Shown piece after piece: positions 1 through 8,781 of a stretch of DNA of 64,000 nt (position 1 is the stretch's first letter; every line of letters begins with the position of its first letter). Origin of the DNA: an uncultured Woeseiaceae bacterium (GTDB lineage Bacteria > Pseudomonadota > Gammaproteobacteria > Steroidobacterales > Woeseiaceae); the NCBI GenBank assembly GCA_945788625.1, contig CALZMQ010000022.1, positions 30,007-94,006 on the forward strand, read 5' to 3'. The position numbers were made by a program, and so were the translations under genes. A model generated the notes under the pieces. That model saw only the letters and a list, made by a program, of their open reading frames with translations, was not told the origin of the DNA and made no database searches.

Positions 1-321
1 GATGGCAGGCGTATGGACCTTGCGCGGCTTCGACCAGCGCCGCAGCCGTTTCCTGCAGTAGGCGGCGTCCCCGCCGACGTAGGAAATCTCCGCGGTCCAC
101 GATTCGAGCGGCGGCTTGCCGAGATCCTGGTGCAGCGCTTCGGTTATCTCGGCTTCGCGCTCGGCCATCATGCGTTCCAGCGCGGCGAGTTGTGCATCGC
201 GCCACGCGAGATCGCGGCTGCGCCCGCTACGGAAAGTGGCCTGCAGGTCCTTGAAAACGGAGGTGTAGTCCGGCGCGGAGGCGGTCGATTGTTCGATATT
301 CTGGATGGCTGATTCGGTCAT
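1..321 (-). CDS. Aldehyde dehydrogenase (ALDH3/fatty-aldehyde type), N-terminal part; the gene runs off the left edge
   Basis: My translation of the minus strand from ATG at 321 gives MTESAIQNIEQS...FRSGRSRDLAWRDAQLAALERMMAEREAEITEALHQDLGKPPLESWTAEI, which resembles ALDH3 N-termini. There is no stop before the window edge, so it is absent from the ORF track. Confidence 0.55.
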   Translation of the reverse strand, partial: MTESAIQNIEQSTASAPDYTSVFKDLQATFRSGRSRDLAWRDAQLAALERMMAEREAEITEALHQDLGKPPLESWTAEISYVGGDAAYCRKRLRRWSKPRKVHTPAI

Positions 322-458
322 GGTCGGCAACTCATCGGTATTGATTCTGTGCGGGGTGATTCACCATTATATCGGAGTACCCCGGGCCATACTCGGTCGT
401 GCGGTTTCCGGCAGAGAACTTACGGTATGGTAGCGGGTCCTAAGACCACTGCCCATTC

Positions 459-3215
459 ATGGTTCTCGAGGTTCATTCCGTGACACACGCAAAACGCGCC
501 ATTTCCCTGCTGCTCGGCCTGGTCATGCTGTCCGCCCTGGCGGTCTCCGCGAATGCGGACGACGACATTTCGACGCAGGTCGATATTCCCTACGAGATGT
601 TCACGCTCGACAACGGGCTCACGGTACTCGTGCACAGCGACCATTCGACACCGACGGTGTTCGTCGGCATGTGGTACGGCGTCGGCTCGAAAGACGAGCC
701 GGAAGGCAAGACGGGATTCGCGCACCTCTTCGAACACCTGATGTTCCAGGGCAGCGAAAACAGGGAGGGCGAGTACTTCTCACCATTCACCGACGCGGGA
801 GCAACGGGAATGAACGGCACCACGGCGGAGGATCGTACGAATTACTATGCGACCGTGCCGTCGGGTGCGCTGGATATGGCGTTGTGGATGGAGAGCGACC
901 GCATGTCGCACCTGCTCGGGGCGGTCACACAGGAAGCGCTCGATGAGCAGCGCGGCGTCGTCCAGAACGAGAAACGGCAAGGCGAGACGCGGCCGTACGC
1001 GAAGATGTACGACAGGATTCGCGCCGGCCTGTATCCGGTCGATCACCCGTACAGGCACTCGGTCATCGGTTCCATGGAGGATCTCGATGCCGCGTCGCTG
1101 GAAGACGTGCACGAGTGGTTCAACAAGTACTACGGCGCGTCGAACGTCGTGCTGGTGCTGGCCGGAGACGTCAGCTACGACGATGCCAGGGCCAGGGTAG
1201 AGCATTACTTTGGCGAGGCGCCGGCCGGCGAACCCCTGGTGTATCCGCAAAAATGGGTGCCGATGCTGGCCGAAAACCGCGAAGAGGTGATGTACGACCG
1301 CGTCGGGCAGACGCGTATCGCCCGTGTATGGGCATTGCCGGGGCTCAATGACAGGGACACGTCGTTGATGTACCTCGTCAACGAATCGCTGGTCGGCAAC
1401 AAGAACTCACCGCTGCGCAAGAAACTGGTCGACGAACTGCAGTTGGCAACGCGCGTAACGGGCAGCGCTTACGGCCGGGTATTGAGCGGCGAATACAACC
1501 TTACCATCGATCTGCGCCCGGGCGTCTCTCCCGAGGAGGTCATGTCGATCGTTGACGAAACCATCTCCGACTACCTCGTGTCCGGCCCGGAACAGCAGCT
1601 TGTCGAGAACGCGAAGCTCGGTGTGAACATGTACATGCTGGGTGCGCTGGAAACCGGATCGTCGATCGGACGCATGCTCGCCGAAGGCTTCCTGTATTCG
1701 AGCGACCCGCTGTTCATCAACCAGGAACTCGAATGGCTCAACGCGGCGAGCGCGGAGGAACTGCGCCAGGTTGCGGAGCGCTGGCTGAGCCGTGGCTACT
1801 ACCAGTTGACGGTAGAGCCGTTCCCCGAGTACCGCAACGCCGCGGCGGTTGCCGACCGGTCGTCGATTCCGGCAGTGACGGCGAGTTCCGAAATCAACTT
1901 CCCCGAGATTGAGACCGCGACGCTCGAGAACGGCATGAAACTGGTCGTCGCGACGCGCGGCAGTATTCCCCTCATCGACATTTCGATACAGATCGAAACG
2001 GGCAACACGGCGGCTCCGTCGCAGGCACCGGGCATCCCGGCATTCGTGTTCGGCCTGCTGGATAAAGGCACGAAGAAATACGACCTGCACGAGCTTGCTG
2101 CCGCCAGGGACAAGATCGGCATGGCCGGTCAGTTCCAGGCAGGCGACGAACGCAGTTCCTTCGCGTATCGCATACTGGAAAACCACTTTGAATCCTCGCT
2201 TGGCCTTGCGGCGGAAATGCTGCGCAATCCGACGTTTCCCGAGGAGGAACTGGGCAAGTTCAAAGCGCGCATCTCGGCGTATCTCGCGACGCTCGAGAAA
2301 GCCCCGTCCAGGGCGGCGCGCAGCCTTTTCAACCGGGCGATGTACGGCGCCGAACACCCGTTGGGGGCTACCTGGAGCCCGCCGCTCGTCGAGCAGGTCG
2401 ACCGCACGATGCTCAAGGCGTTTCATCGCGCCGAGCTTACGCCGGACAACATTACGATCTACATGATCGGCGACTTACGTATAGAGGAGGCCGCGCAGGC
2501 GGTCCGGAAGGCTTTCGGCAAGTGGCGCGACAAAGCCAGCTCGGCACGCAAGGCGGTGGGCTCTGCGGCCGAATCCGCTGCACGAGTCATCCTCGTCGAC
2601 CACCCGGAAGCCGCCTCCAGCACGATATACGCGGGCCACGCAATCGGGCCTTATGACGCCTCTACCTGGACCGAGATTTCGGTGATGAACAGGGTATTCG
2701 GCGGGGGTTTCGAGTCGCGCCTCAACCTGAATCTTCGCGAAGACAAGAGCTGGTCTTACGGTTACCGTTCCCGCGTGGGAATGAACACCAGCGGCGACAT
2801 GACGTTCTCGTCGAGCGGGCAGGTGCAGACCGACAAGACCATGGCGGCGATGCAGGAGATCAGGCGCGAATTCGAAGAGTTCGTGTCCACGCGACCGGCG
2901 ACCGATGTTGAAGTCGAGCGTGTCAAACTCAATCGCACCCGGTCACTGCCGGGCTCGTTCTCGACTAACCGAGGCTTCCTCGGCAGCATAATTACTTCGG
3001 ATAGCTTCGGATTGCCGTTCGACTATGCGGAATCGAGTGCTGAGCGCGTGGCGGCGGTGACGACCGAGAATGTCGCCGCCCGCGCCCGCGAGTTGATCGA
3101 CCCGGACAAGCTGACCTGGGTCGTCGTCGGCGACCTCGAGAAAATCGAGGAGGACGTGCGTTCCCTCGGCTACGGCGAAGTAGAAACCTGGGATGCATAC
3201 GGTAACGCGCGGTAG
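459..3215 (+). CDS. Secreted two-module M16 (pitrilysin/PqqL-like) zinc peptidase
   Basis: 918-aa ORF with an N-terminal signal peptide (LLLGLVMLSALAVSANA) and the inverted zinc motif HxxEH (HLFEHLMFQGS). Two tandem M16 active/inactive halves. The start could be the GTG at 480. Confidence 0.9.
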   Translation: MVLEVHSVTHAKRAISLLLGLVMLSALAVSANADDDISTQVDIPYEMFTLDNGLTVLVHSDHSTPTVFVGMWYGVGSKDEPEGKTGFAHLFEHLMFQGSENREGEYFSPFTDAGATGMNGTTAEDRTNYYATVPSGALDMALWMESDRMSHLLGAVTQEALDEQRGVVQNEKRQGETRPYAKMYDRIRAGLYPVDHPYRHSVIGSMEDLDAASLEDVHEWFNKYYGASNVVLVLAGDVSYDDARARVEHYFGEAPAGEPLVYPQKWVPMLAENREEVMYDRVGQTRIARVWALPGLNDRDTSLMYLVNESLVGNKNSPLRKKLVDELQLATRVTGSAYGRVLSGEYNLTIDLRPGVSPEEVMSIVDETISDYLVSGPEQQLVENAKLGVNMYMLGALETGSSIGRMLAEGFLYSSDPLFINQELEWLNAASAEELRQVAERWLSRGYYQLTVEPFPEYRNAAAVADRSSIPAVTASSEINFPEIETATLENGMKLVVATRGSIPLIDISIQIETGNTAAPSQAPGIPAFVFGLLDKGTKKYDLHELAAARDKIGMAGQFQAGDERSSFAYRILENHFESSLGLAAEMLRNPTFPEEELGKFKARISAYLATLEKAPSRAARSLFNRAMYGAEHPLGATWSPPLVEQVDRTMLKAFHRAELTPDNITIYMIGDLRIEEAAQAVRKAFGKWRDKASSARKAVGSAAESAARVILVDHPEAASSTIYAGHAIGPYDASTWTEISVMNRVFGGGFESRLNLNLREDKSWSYGYRSRVGMNTSGDMTFSSSGQVQTDKTMAAMQEIRREFEEFVSTRPATDVEVERVKLNRTRSLPGSFSTNRGFLGSIITSDSFGLPFDYAESSAERVAAVTTENVAARARELIDPDKLTWVVVGDLEKIEEDVRSLGYGEVETWDAYGNAR

Positions 3216-3245
3216 CAATAAGCCGGACAGGATCGTCATGAAGCG

Positions 3246-4643
3246 CTAGTTGCGATTATCGCAATCAGCGTCCTGCCGACCCCTCAGTGCCCACAGGTGA
3301 GAAACGGCCAGGTCCCGATCCATCTGCTCGCCGCGCCACTGGGTCACACAGGTCTGTGAGTGGATGCGGCGGTCTTCGAGTCTTTCTTTGGCGTTCGTGG
3401 CGATGTCATCTGTCAGTTGCGGCAACGCGTGCCCCGATGCATCGATCTTGTGACCTATCGGGTTCCTGAAAACGATTTTCCCGTCGTTGTTCTTCTCACA
3501 GCCAAAGCCGCCGTCGTGTACCAGCGTATGGTGGAAGCGACACAACTGCACGAGATTGTCGAGGCTCGTTTCACCACCGTTGGCCCAGTGCTTTATATGG
3601 TGTCCGTCGATGCGGTAGCGGTGCGTACAGCCCGGGAAGCGGCAGTTTCTGTCTCTCGCCTTCAATGCGCGTCGCATGGCGGGCGGAATAACGCGGGATT
3701 TGCGGCCGATAGACAGCGGTTCGCCCTTGATATCCTCGACGAGCGTGCTGATGGAGGTGTCGCAGCAGATACGCCGCGACGTTTCCGCGGTAACGTGAGG
3801 ACCGACTTCCAATAAAGGGGTCAATAAAGGGGTCGGATCTATTTTCTCGGTCGGAGCACAACCTGGGTCGGGCGTTATCTCTCGAAAAGAAAATGGATCC
3901 GACCCCTTTATTACATGCAGCATCACCTGGTAGCGATCGGCGGAGGAGGACCTGGCCGGGCCTTTCTCGAGGTAAGTCTCGGCCATGGCAGCAAGCGCGT
4001 CCGCGCGTCGCTGGCCGATCGGCTCCCAGTCATCGCCCGAATCTTCATCTGCGGATGCCTCTCTTGATTCGTTGTCGATGGCACTCTCGAGTGCTTTCAA
4101 CAACATCGCACCGACCTCCGACGGTAAACGGCCTTTCAACAGCAGTGAACCGTCCTCGTCCCAGCGAAAGCTGAGTGAGCGGCTATCGAACTGTTGCGAC
4201 GCAATGTCCTCGTCGTTCAATCGCTCTGCGCGTCGATAGCCACGAACCAGTGTCTCCACATGATGCGCCGTACCGTTGCGCGCGATCATCAGCAGGTAGT
4301 CTTCATTTTCCGGTGTTGCTACACGTGTAATGGCCCGCACTTTCGAGTAGCTGATCTCACCCGAGCGAAACGCTGCACTGATCTTCGGCAGCGCACCCAG
4401 CGCATTGGCTACCCGAACTTTTTCACGCCCGGCGTTCATGCCGATGCCGCACTTCCAGTTGAGCCAATGCGCACAGGAACACACCCCTTCCAGTTTCCAC
4501 AGGCCTTCCTGGTCGAACTCGCGGATCTTCACGAGGAGATCGTAGGTGGCGGCGGTGATGAAGCCGAAGAGCTCGGTGATCTCGTCGCCGAGCGACTCGG
4601 AGCGGGTGTACCTGGGGTGCAAAGCAATGGCGGTAGAGGACAT
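3246..4643 (-). CDS. DUF222 (REP13E12-like) protein with C-terminal HNH endonuclease domain
   Basis: 465 aa. The C-terminus carries CRFPGC...HHIKHWANGGETSLDNLVQLCRFHHTLVH (HNH/CxxC zinc finger). The N-terminal ~300 aa have DUF222-type organisation. Confidence 0.85.
   Translation of the reverse strand: MSSTAIALHPRYTRSESLGDEITELFGFITAATYDLLVKIREFDQEGLWKLEGVCSCAHWLNWKCGIGMNAGREKVRVANALGALPKISAAFRSGEISYSKVRAITRVATPENEDYLLMIARNGTAHHVETLVRGYRRAERLNDEDIASQQFDSRSLSFRWDEDGSLLLKGRLPSEVGAMLLKALESAIDNESREASADEDSGDDWEPIGQRRADALAAMAETYLEKGPARSSSADRYQVMLHVIKGSDPFSFREITPDPGCAPTEKIDPTPLLTPLLEVGPHVTAETSRRICCDTSISTLVEDIKGEPLSIGRKSRVIPPAMRRALKARDRNCRFPGCTHRYRIDGHHIKHWANGGETSLDNLVQLCRFHHTLVHDGGFGCEKNNDGKIVFRNPIGHKIDASGHALPQLTDDIATNAKERLEDRRIHSQTCVTQWRGEQMDRDLAVSHLWALRGRQDADCDNRN
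3811..3912. repeat. AT-rich palindromic insert inside the HNH-gene linker
   Basis: A perfect 17-bp inverted repeat, aataaaggggtcggatc (3823-3839) and gatccgacccctttatt (3896-3912), plus a tandem 12-mer aataaaggggtc (3811-3822, 3823-3834). Much lower GC than the flanks. It is read through in frame as ...SDPFSFREITPDPGCAPTEKIDPTPLLTPLL... Confidence 0.5.
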
Positions 4644-4672
4644 GGCAGGCGCTCTCGGGAGATGGACGATAA

Positions 4673-4692
4673 ACTGTTTTTATATACAGTAG
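4673..4692. promoter_or_regulatory. Candidate LexA (SOS) box upstream of the DUF222-HNH gene
   Basis: aaCTGTttttatatACAGta has CTGT-N8-ACAG with an AT-only spacer. It matches 17 of 20 positions of TACTGTATATATATACAGTA and lies 30 bp upstream of the ATG at 4643. Confidence 0.6.
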
Positions 4693-4776
4693 TATACCCC
4701 TATGCCACTGTTTTTCCTATCATTAATCTACTCCGAGCACAGAGATTCGGACACGAAAAACGTCACCCCAGCCGCT

Positions 4777-4832
4777 ATACGCGGGTAAGCCGCCGGTCGA
4801 ATGTCAGGATTGCGACGGGCTTCATGTGACCC
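4777..4832 (+). repeat. Possible degenerate copy of the 56-nt intergenic repeat seen at 60955-63185
   Basis: Aligned in register with copy 63130-63185, positions 14-22 (ccgccggtc) and 51-56 (tgaccc) match, and 29 of 56 positions are identical overall. Weak evidence. Confidence 0.25.
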
Positions 4833-5039
4833 AGACTTGCCGTTGTAGGTACATCCCAGAATTGATCATTATCGAACATATGCGAGCATTGTTCGGTTGA
4901 TAAGGGCAAACCTGACGAAAGTCAGGGACGCAAAGCCGCGGGTCCTCGCTTCCTCCGCGACGCTTCCTGCTACGCCACGAAGGACCCCAAGATCGCCGGG
5001 CTACCGCACTACCAATACTGAATGTGCGAGGCACGCGAA

Positions 5040-5594
5040 ATGAGCAAGAAGATAGTGGTCGTAATAGGTGCGTTTCTCTTGGCGCTGGCTGCAATGCAAC
5101 CCGCTGGCGCTCAAGATGAAGAAACACAATGCAAAAAGGTTCGAGGTCACGGGGAGGTCGTTGCTTATCAGATTCCGTGTCTAGAAGACCCTGAGTTCTA
5201 TTTCTGCATTGTCTCGGAGACGCGTGGAGGACTCAAAGGAAAATGGGTGTCCTACCAGCAAGAAGACTGGGGGAGCATGTTTTTGGGAGACGCCGGGCTA
5301 CCCGTCCCACCTGGCGCTCCTGTAACGTGGTACATCCGTGAATTCGAGGTCTTTTCGACGAAGAAGGGTACGGTCTACGGTGACATGCAGGCTACATTTG
5401 ACGCCCGCATTTTCGATTCGGGCGGAGGCGCTGCGCTACCAACAATAGTCACGGGTGGAACTGGTATCTACGAGGATGCGACGGGCTGGATCGTCGTCAT
5501 ACTTACAGACGAATCACTTGAAAATTTCAAGATTCTAGGTCGAATCTGTGGGCCGAATATTCCGTCTGATGATGATGACAGTGACGACGACTGA
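5040..5594 (+). CDS. Small secreted hypothetical protein with an acidic C-terminal tail
   Basis: Signal peptide MSKKIVVVIGAFLLALAAMQPAGAQ, a GAGG Shine-Dalgarno 8 nt upstream, and a C-terminus of SDDDDSDDD. Lies in a low-GC patch. No recognisable family. Confidence 0.55.
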   Translation: MSKKIVVVIGAFLLALAAMQPAGAQDEETQCKKVRGHGEVVAYQIPCLEDPEFYFCIVSETRGGLKGKWVSYQQEDWGSMFLGDAGLPVPPGAPVTWYIREFEVFSTKKGTVYGDMQATFDARIFDSGGGAALPTIVTGGTGIYEDATGWIVVILTDESLENFKILGRICGPNIPSDDDDSDDD

Positions 5595-5906
5595 AAGATA
5601 GTAAGCTGACGTTTCCAAACAACCCTGCTACGGCGGGGTCCTTGTCGATTGGCCGATGTTTGCTTCTCTAATCGGGTATTGAAGTCAAGCCAGCATTGAT
5701 AGTGGCAGTTTGTTGGTCGCGTCTTGGTGCGGGTCACGCTTCTGTACGCAGTCGGTACCGGCTGCAACCAGCCGCAGCGGGCATAGGTCGGACGGTGCGG
5801 AGAGGCAGGTTTTTTGACGTGCTCTACGGTACAGAGATCGTATTCGGTTTCATCCGGGCCACGTCCGCGTCAGGACGCTTCTTCTGGGGTGGAGCGAGTC
5901 GTTACT

Positions 5907-6053
5907 TCATGACCTGACTCTCTCCATGCCCCAATTGGAACTGCGTTTCGTCGAACCACATTCGGTGTAGGAGGACGGCAGAGCTTTCTGCCAACGATCC
6001 CGCATCAATGCCTTTTGTTCGTCTGAGTAGTAGACCCTAGGTCTTTGATTCAT
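5907..6053 (-). pseudogene. Short remnant resembling an IS30-family transposase N-terminus (HTH region)
   Basis: The minus-strand translation MNQRPRVYYSDEQKALMRDRWQKA... fits the S-x-x-QK-x-x-L/M-x-x-RW-K/Q pattern I recall for IS30-family N-termini. Similarity then breaks and there is no catalytic domain downstream. Confidence 0.3.
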
Positions 6054-6330
6054 CTCCAACAACCTCCTCTCTATGCTGTGAGATCAGATGTTTTGACGAC
6101 CTGATGAATCCGCAGCGAAAAGCGGACGTTCAAGGCACGATCCGACCAGACATAGTATGCAGGGTTGGATACCGGATTCCGTCGGATCCAGGCGCGTTCT
6201 GTCCATAAAACCCGGCGCCTACATACTTTATGGTACGTAGTGTTTCACACGATAGACGTAGGTGATAACTGGCTTTTAAATAGGCGCCATGACCAACAGA
6301 TGCCGGAAACGGCGGTTCGGAGCTATTGGA

Positions 6331-8013
6331 ATGGCTGGATTAACACAGAGTTACACCTGCGGTGGGTCGAGCGACCCGATCATCTACAACACGATCGGCA
6401 ACTACTTCGAAGAGGTCGCCAGGCAACACCCGGACACGGAAGCGCTGGTCGTTTGCCACCAGGAAATTCGCTGGACCTACGCGGAGTTCAACCGCAGGAT
6501 CGACGAGCTTGCCGCCGGATTGCTGCATCTCGGCATCGAGACGGGCGATCGCGTGGGAATATGGGGACCCAACAGCTATGAGTGGGTGCTCACGCAGATG
6601 GCCACCGCCAAGATCGGTGCGATCCTGGTCTGCATAAATCCCGCCTACCGCCTTTACGAACTCGAGTACGCACTGAACAAGTCGGGCTGCCGCGCCATAG
6701 TGAGCGCCGAGCAATTCAAGTCCAGCAAGTACCTGGAAATGCTGTACGCCCTGGCGCCTTCGCTCAAGACCTGCCCCCCCGGCAGACTCCGCTCGCACAA
6801 GATACCGGCGCTCGAAATGGTCATCCGTATGGGCGATTCGGAATCGCCCGGTATGTTGAATTTTCCGTCGGTTTGCGCAGCCGGCACCGAGGAAGATCGC
6901 AAGCGCCTCGAGGAGCTTCGACGCGAGCTGCGCCCTGACGACGCTATCAACATTCAATTTACGTCGGGCACTACAGGCAACCCGAAAGGGGCGACGCTCA
7001 CGCATTGCAATATCCTCAACAACGGTTACCTCACGGGGGCCGGCATGCAGTTGTCAGCGACGGACCGCCTGTGTATTCCGGTGCCGCTCTACCACTGCTT
7101 CGGAATGGTCCTGGGCAACCTCGCGGTCTTCTCACACGGCGCGACCGCAGTGTATCCCAGTGAGGTTTTCGATCCGGAGGCGACGCTGCGAGCGGTCGAG
7201 TCGGAACAATGCACGGCCTTGCATGGCGTGCCGACCATGTTCGTTACGGAACTCGCTCATCCCGACTTCGAGAAATACGACCTTTCCACTCTGCGGACAG
7301 GGGTCATGGCAGGCGCGCCTTGTCCGGTCGATGTCATGAAGCGCGTGATTTCCGACATGAACATGAAACACATACTCATCGGCTACGGCCAGACGGAAGT
7401 CAGTCCCATCAATCACCTCACGCTGCCCGAGGACCCGATCGAGAAACGCGTCGAGACCGTCGGCCGCGCCGTGCCCTGGGTGGAGATCAAGCTGGTCGAC
7501 CCGGACGGGCGCGTTGTGCCGATCGGCGAAAAGGGCGAGGTCTGCACTCGCGGGTACTCGGTCATGCTGGGGTACTGGAATGACGAGGAGCAGACGAGGG
7601 AGACTATCGACGTGGCGCGCTGGCTGCACTCGGGTGACTTAGGCATCATGGATGACGAGGGCTATTTGCGCATCGTCGGCCGCATCAAGGACATGATCAT
7701 TCGCGGTGGCGAGAACATCTATCCGCGCGAGGTCGAGGAGTTTCTCTACACGCACCCGAAGATCAAGGAAGTGCAGGTGTTCGGCATTCCGGAGCCGAGA
7801 ATGGGCGAAGAGGTGTGTGCCTGGATTCAGCTTCGCAAGGGTGAATCACTCACGGAAGAAGAGGTGAAGGCTTTCTGCAAGGGCCAGATCACGCATTTCA
7901 AGGTCCCGAAACACGTTCGATTCGTCGACGAATACCCGATGACGGTCACCGGCAAAATCCAGAAATTCCGGATGGCCGAAATAATGTCCGAGGAGTTGCA
8001 GAACGCCGCCTGA
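6331..8013 (+). CDS. AMP-dependent acyl-CoA synthetase/ligase (ACSF2/medium-chain type)
   Basis: AMP-binding signature [16 protein letters not shown] plus YGQTE and the C-terminal GKIQKF. The ORF track opens at 6289, but ATG 6331 has a GGAG Shine-Dalgarno. Confidence 0.9.
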   Translation: MAGLTQSYTCGGSSDPIIYNTIGNYFEEVARQHPDTEALVVCHQEIRWTYAEFNRRIDELAAGLLHLGIETGDRVGIWGPNSYEWVLTQMATAKIGAILVCINPAYRLYELEYALNKSGCRAIVSAEQFKSSKYLEMLYALAPSLKTCPPGRLRSHKIPALEMVIRMGDSESPGMLNFPSVCAAGTEEDRKRLEELRRELRPDDAINIQFTSGTTGNPKGATLTHCNILNNGYLTGAGMQLSATDRLCIPVPLYHCFGMVLGNLAVFSHGATAVYPSEVFDPEATLRAVESEQCTALHGVPTMFVTELAHPDFEKYDLSTLRTGVMAGAPCPVDVMKRVISDMNMKHILIGYGQTEVSPINHLTLPEDPIEKRVETVGRAVPWVEIKLVDPDGRVVPIGEKGEVCTRGYSVMLGYWNDEEQTRETIDVARWLHSGDLGIMDDEGYLRIVGRIKDMIIRGGENIYPREVEEFLYTHPKIKEVQVFGIPEPRMGEEVCAWIQLRKGESLTEEEVKAFCKGQITHFKVPKHVRFVDEYPMTVTGKIQKFRMAEIMSEELQNAA

Positions 8014-8040
8014 GCGGCGCTTGCCTTGCCGCGAGCGGCG

Positions 8041-8571
8041 CTAGGATGCCGTCGGCAGGATTATGAGGTCGCCGTCAATGCCGATGAAGCGGCTTTCATT
8101 GGCAGCGCGCGGTGCCGTGGCTGACTGGAGTGTGATATCCCGTATGTTGCCGGGCGCATGACCGCCTCGACAATTGTCCACTTTCAGCTCCAGCAGCGAG
8201 TCGTTGTCGCGAAACAGCAGTGAGCGGCGCGGGTCGTGACTGGACCAGCCGACGAACTTGCGGGCATCTGCCAGGGGTACCTTGCGTCGATCCGAAAGCA
8301 GGGCGAAGCACTCGGCATAGCGCATCGGGATTTCGACGGAATAGGCGATGACGTCGGCGTGGCTGGCGCCCTGCAGCGGAATGACGTCGTCGAGAATGTT
8401 GACGGCGTGGTCGAATACTTCGATGGTTCTGACCGCCTCACGGCCGCGACGGCGTTCGATGGCGGTGCGGCGCTCGTCGTGCCTGGTGCCGTTCATGTTC
8501 AGGCCATACAGCGCGTCGATCAGGCTCCCGCAGAGCGAATCGGGCATCAGTAGCTGTTGTTGCTGCGTCAT
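8041..8571 (-). CDS. Hypothetical cytoplasmic protein
   Basis: Clean ORF. A GAGGGA Shine-Dalgarno precedes the internal ATG (MTQQQQLL...). No family recognised. Confidence 0.5.
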   Translation of the reverse strand: MTQQQQLLMPDSLCGSLIDALYGLNMNGTRHDERRTAIERRRGREAVRTIEVFDHAVNILDDVIPLQGASHADVIAYSVEIPMRYAECFALLSDRRKVPLADARKFVGWSSHDPRRSLLFRDNDSLLELKVDNCRGGHAPGNIRDITLQSATAPRAANESRFIGIDGDLIILPTAS

Positions 8572-8718
8572 GTCGTTTTCCCTCGTTGTATCAGGTTCCG
8601 GGATCAATGAGCTTGTTTCCTGATTCCGATACTACGAAAGATCGCTATGAAATTTCACAGAAAAAATTTCACAGTGTTAATTTTACACATGGATCCTGTG
8701 CCCGCCGGCATCGGGACC

Positions 8719-8756
8719 AAAAAAAGAGGCGGTGGCGCCGTCAAAGCACCACCGCC
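8719..8756 (-). terminator. Rho-independent terminator downstream of the PG-binding lipoprotein gene
   Basis: On the minus strand, ggcggtggtgc / gcgccaccgcc forms a stem followed by tcttttttt. Confidence 0.6.
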
Positions 8757-8781
8757 CAAACGAGCCGGTTGAATCGCGTCC

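Noticed and set aside
13-312. 99-aa plus-strand ORF at the left edge
   Set aside because: The opposite strand encodes a convincing ALDH-like N-terminus starting at 321, so the plus-strand ORF is its antisense shadow.
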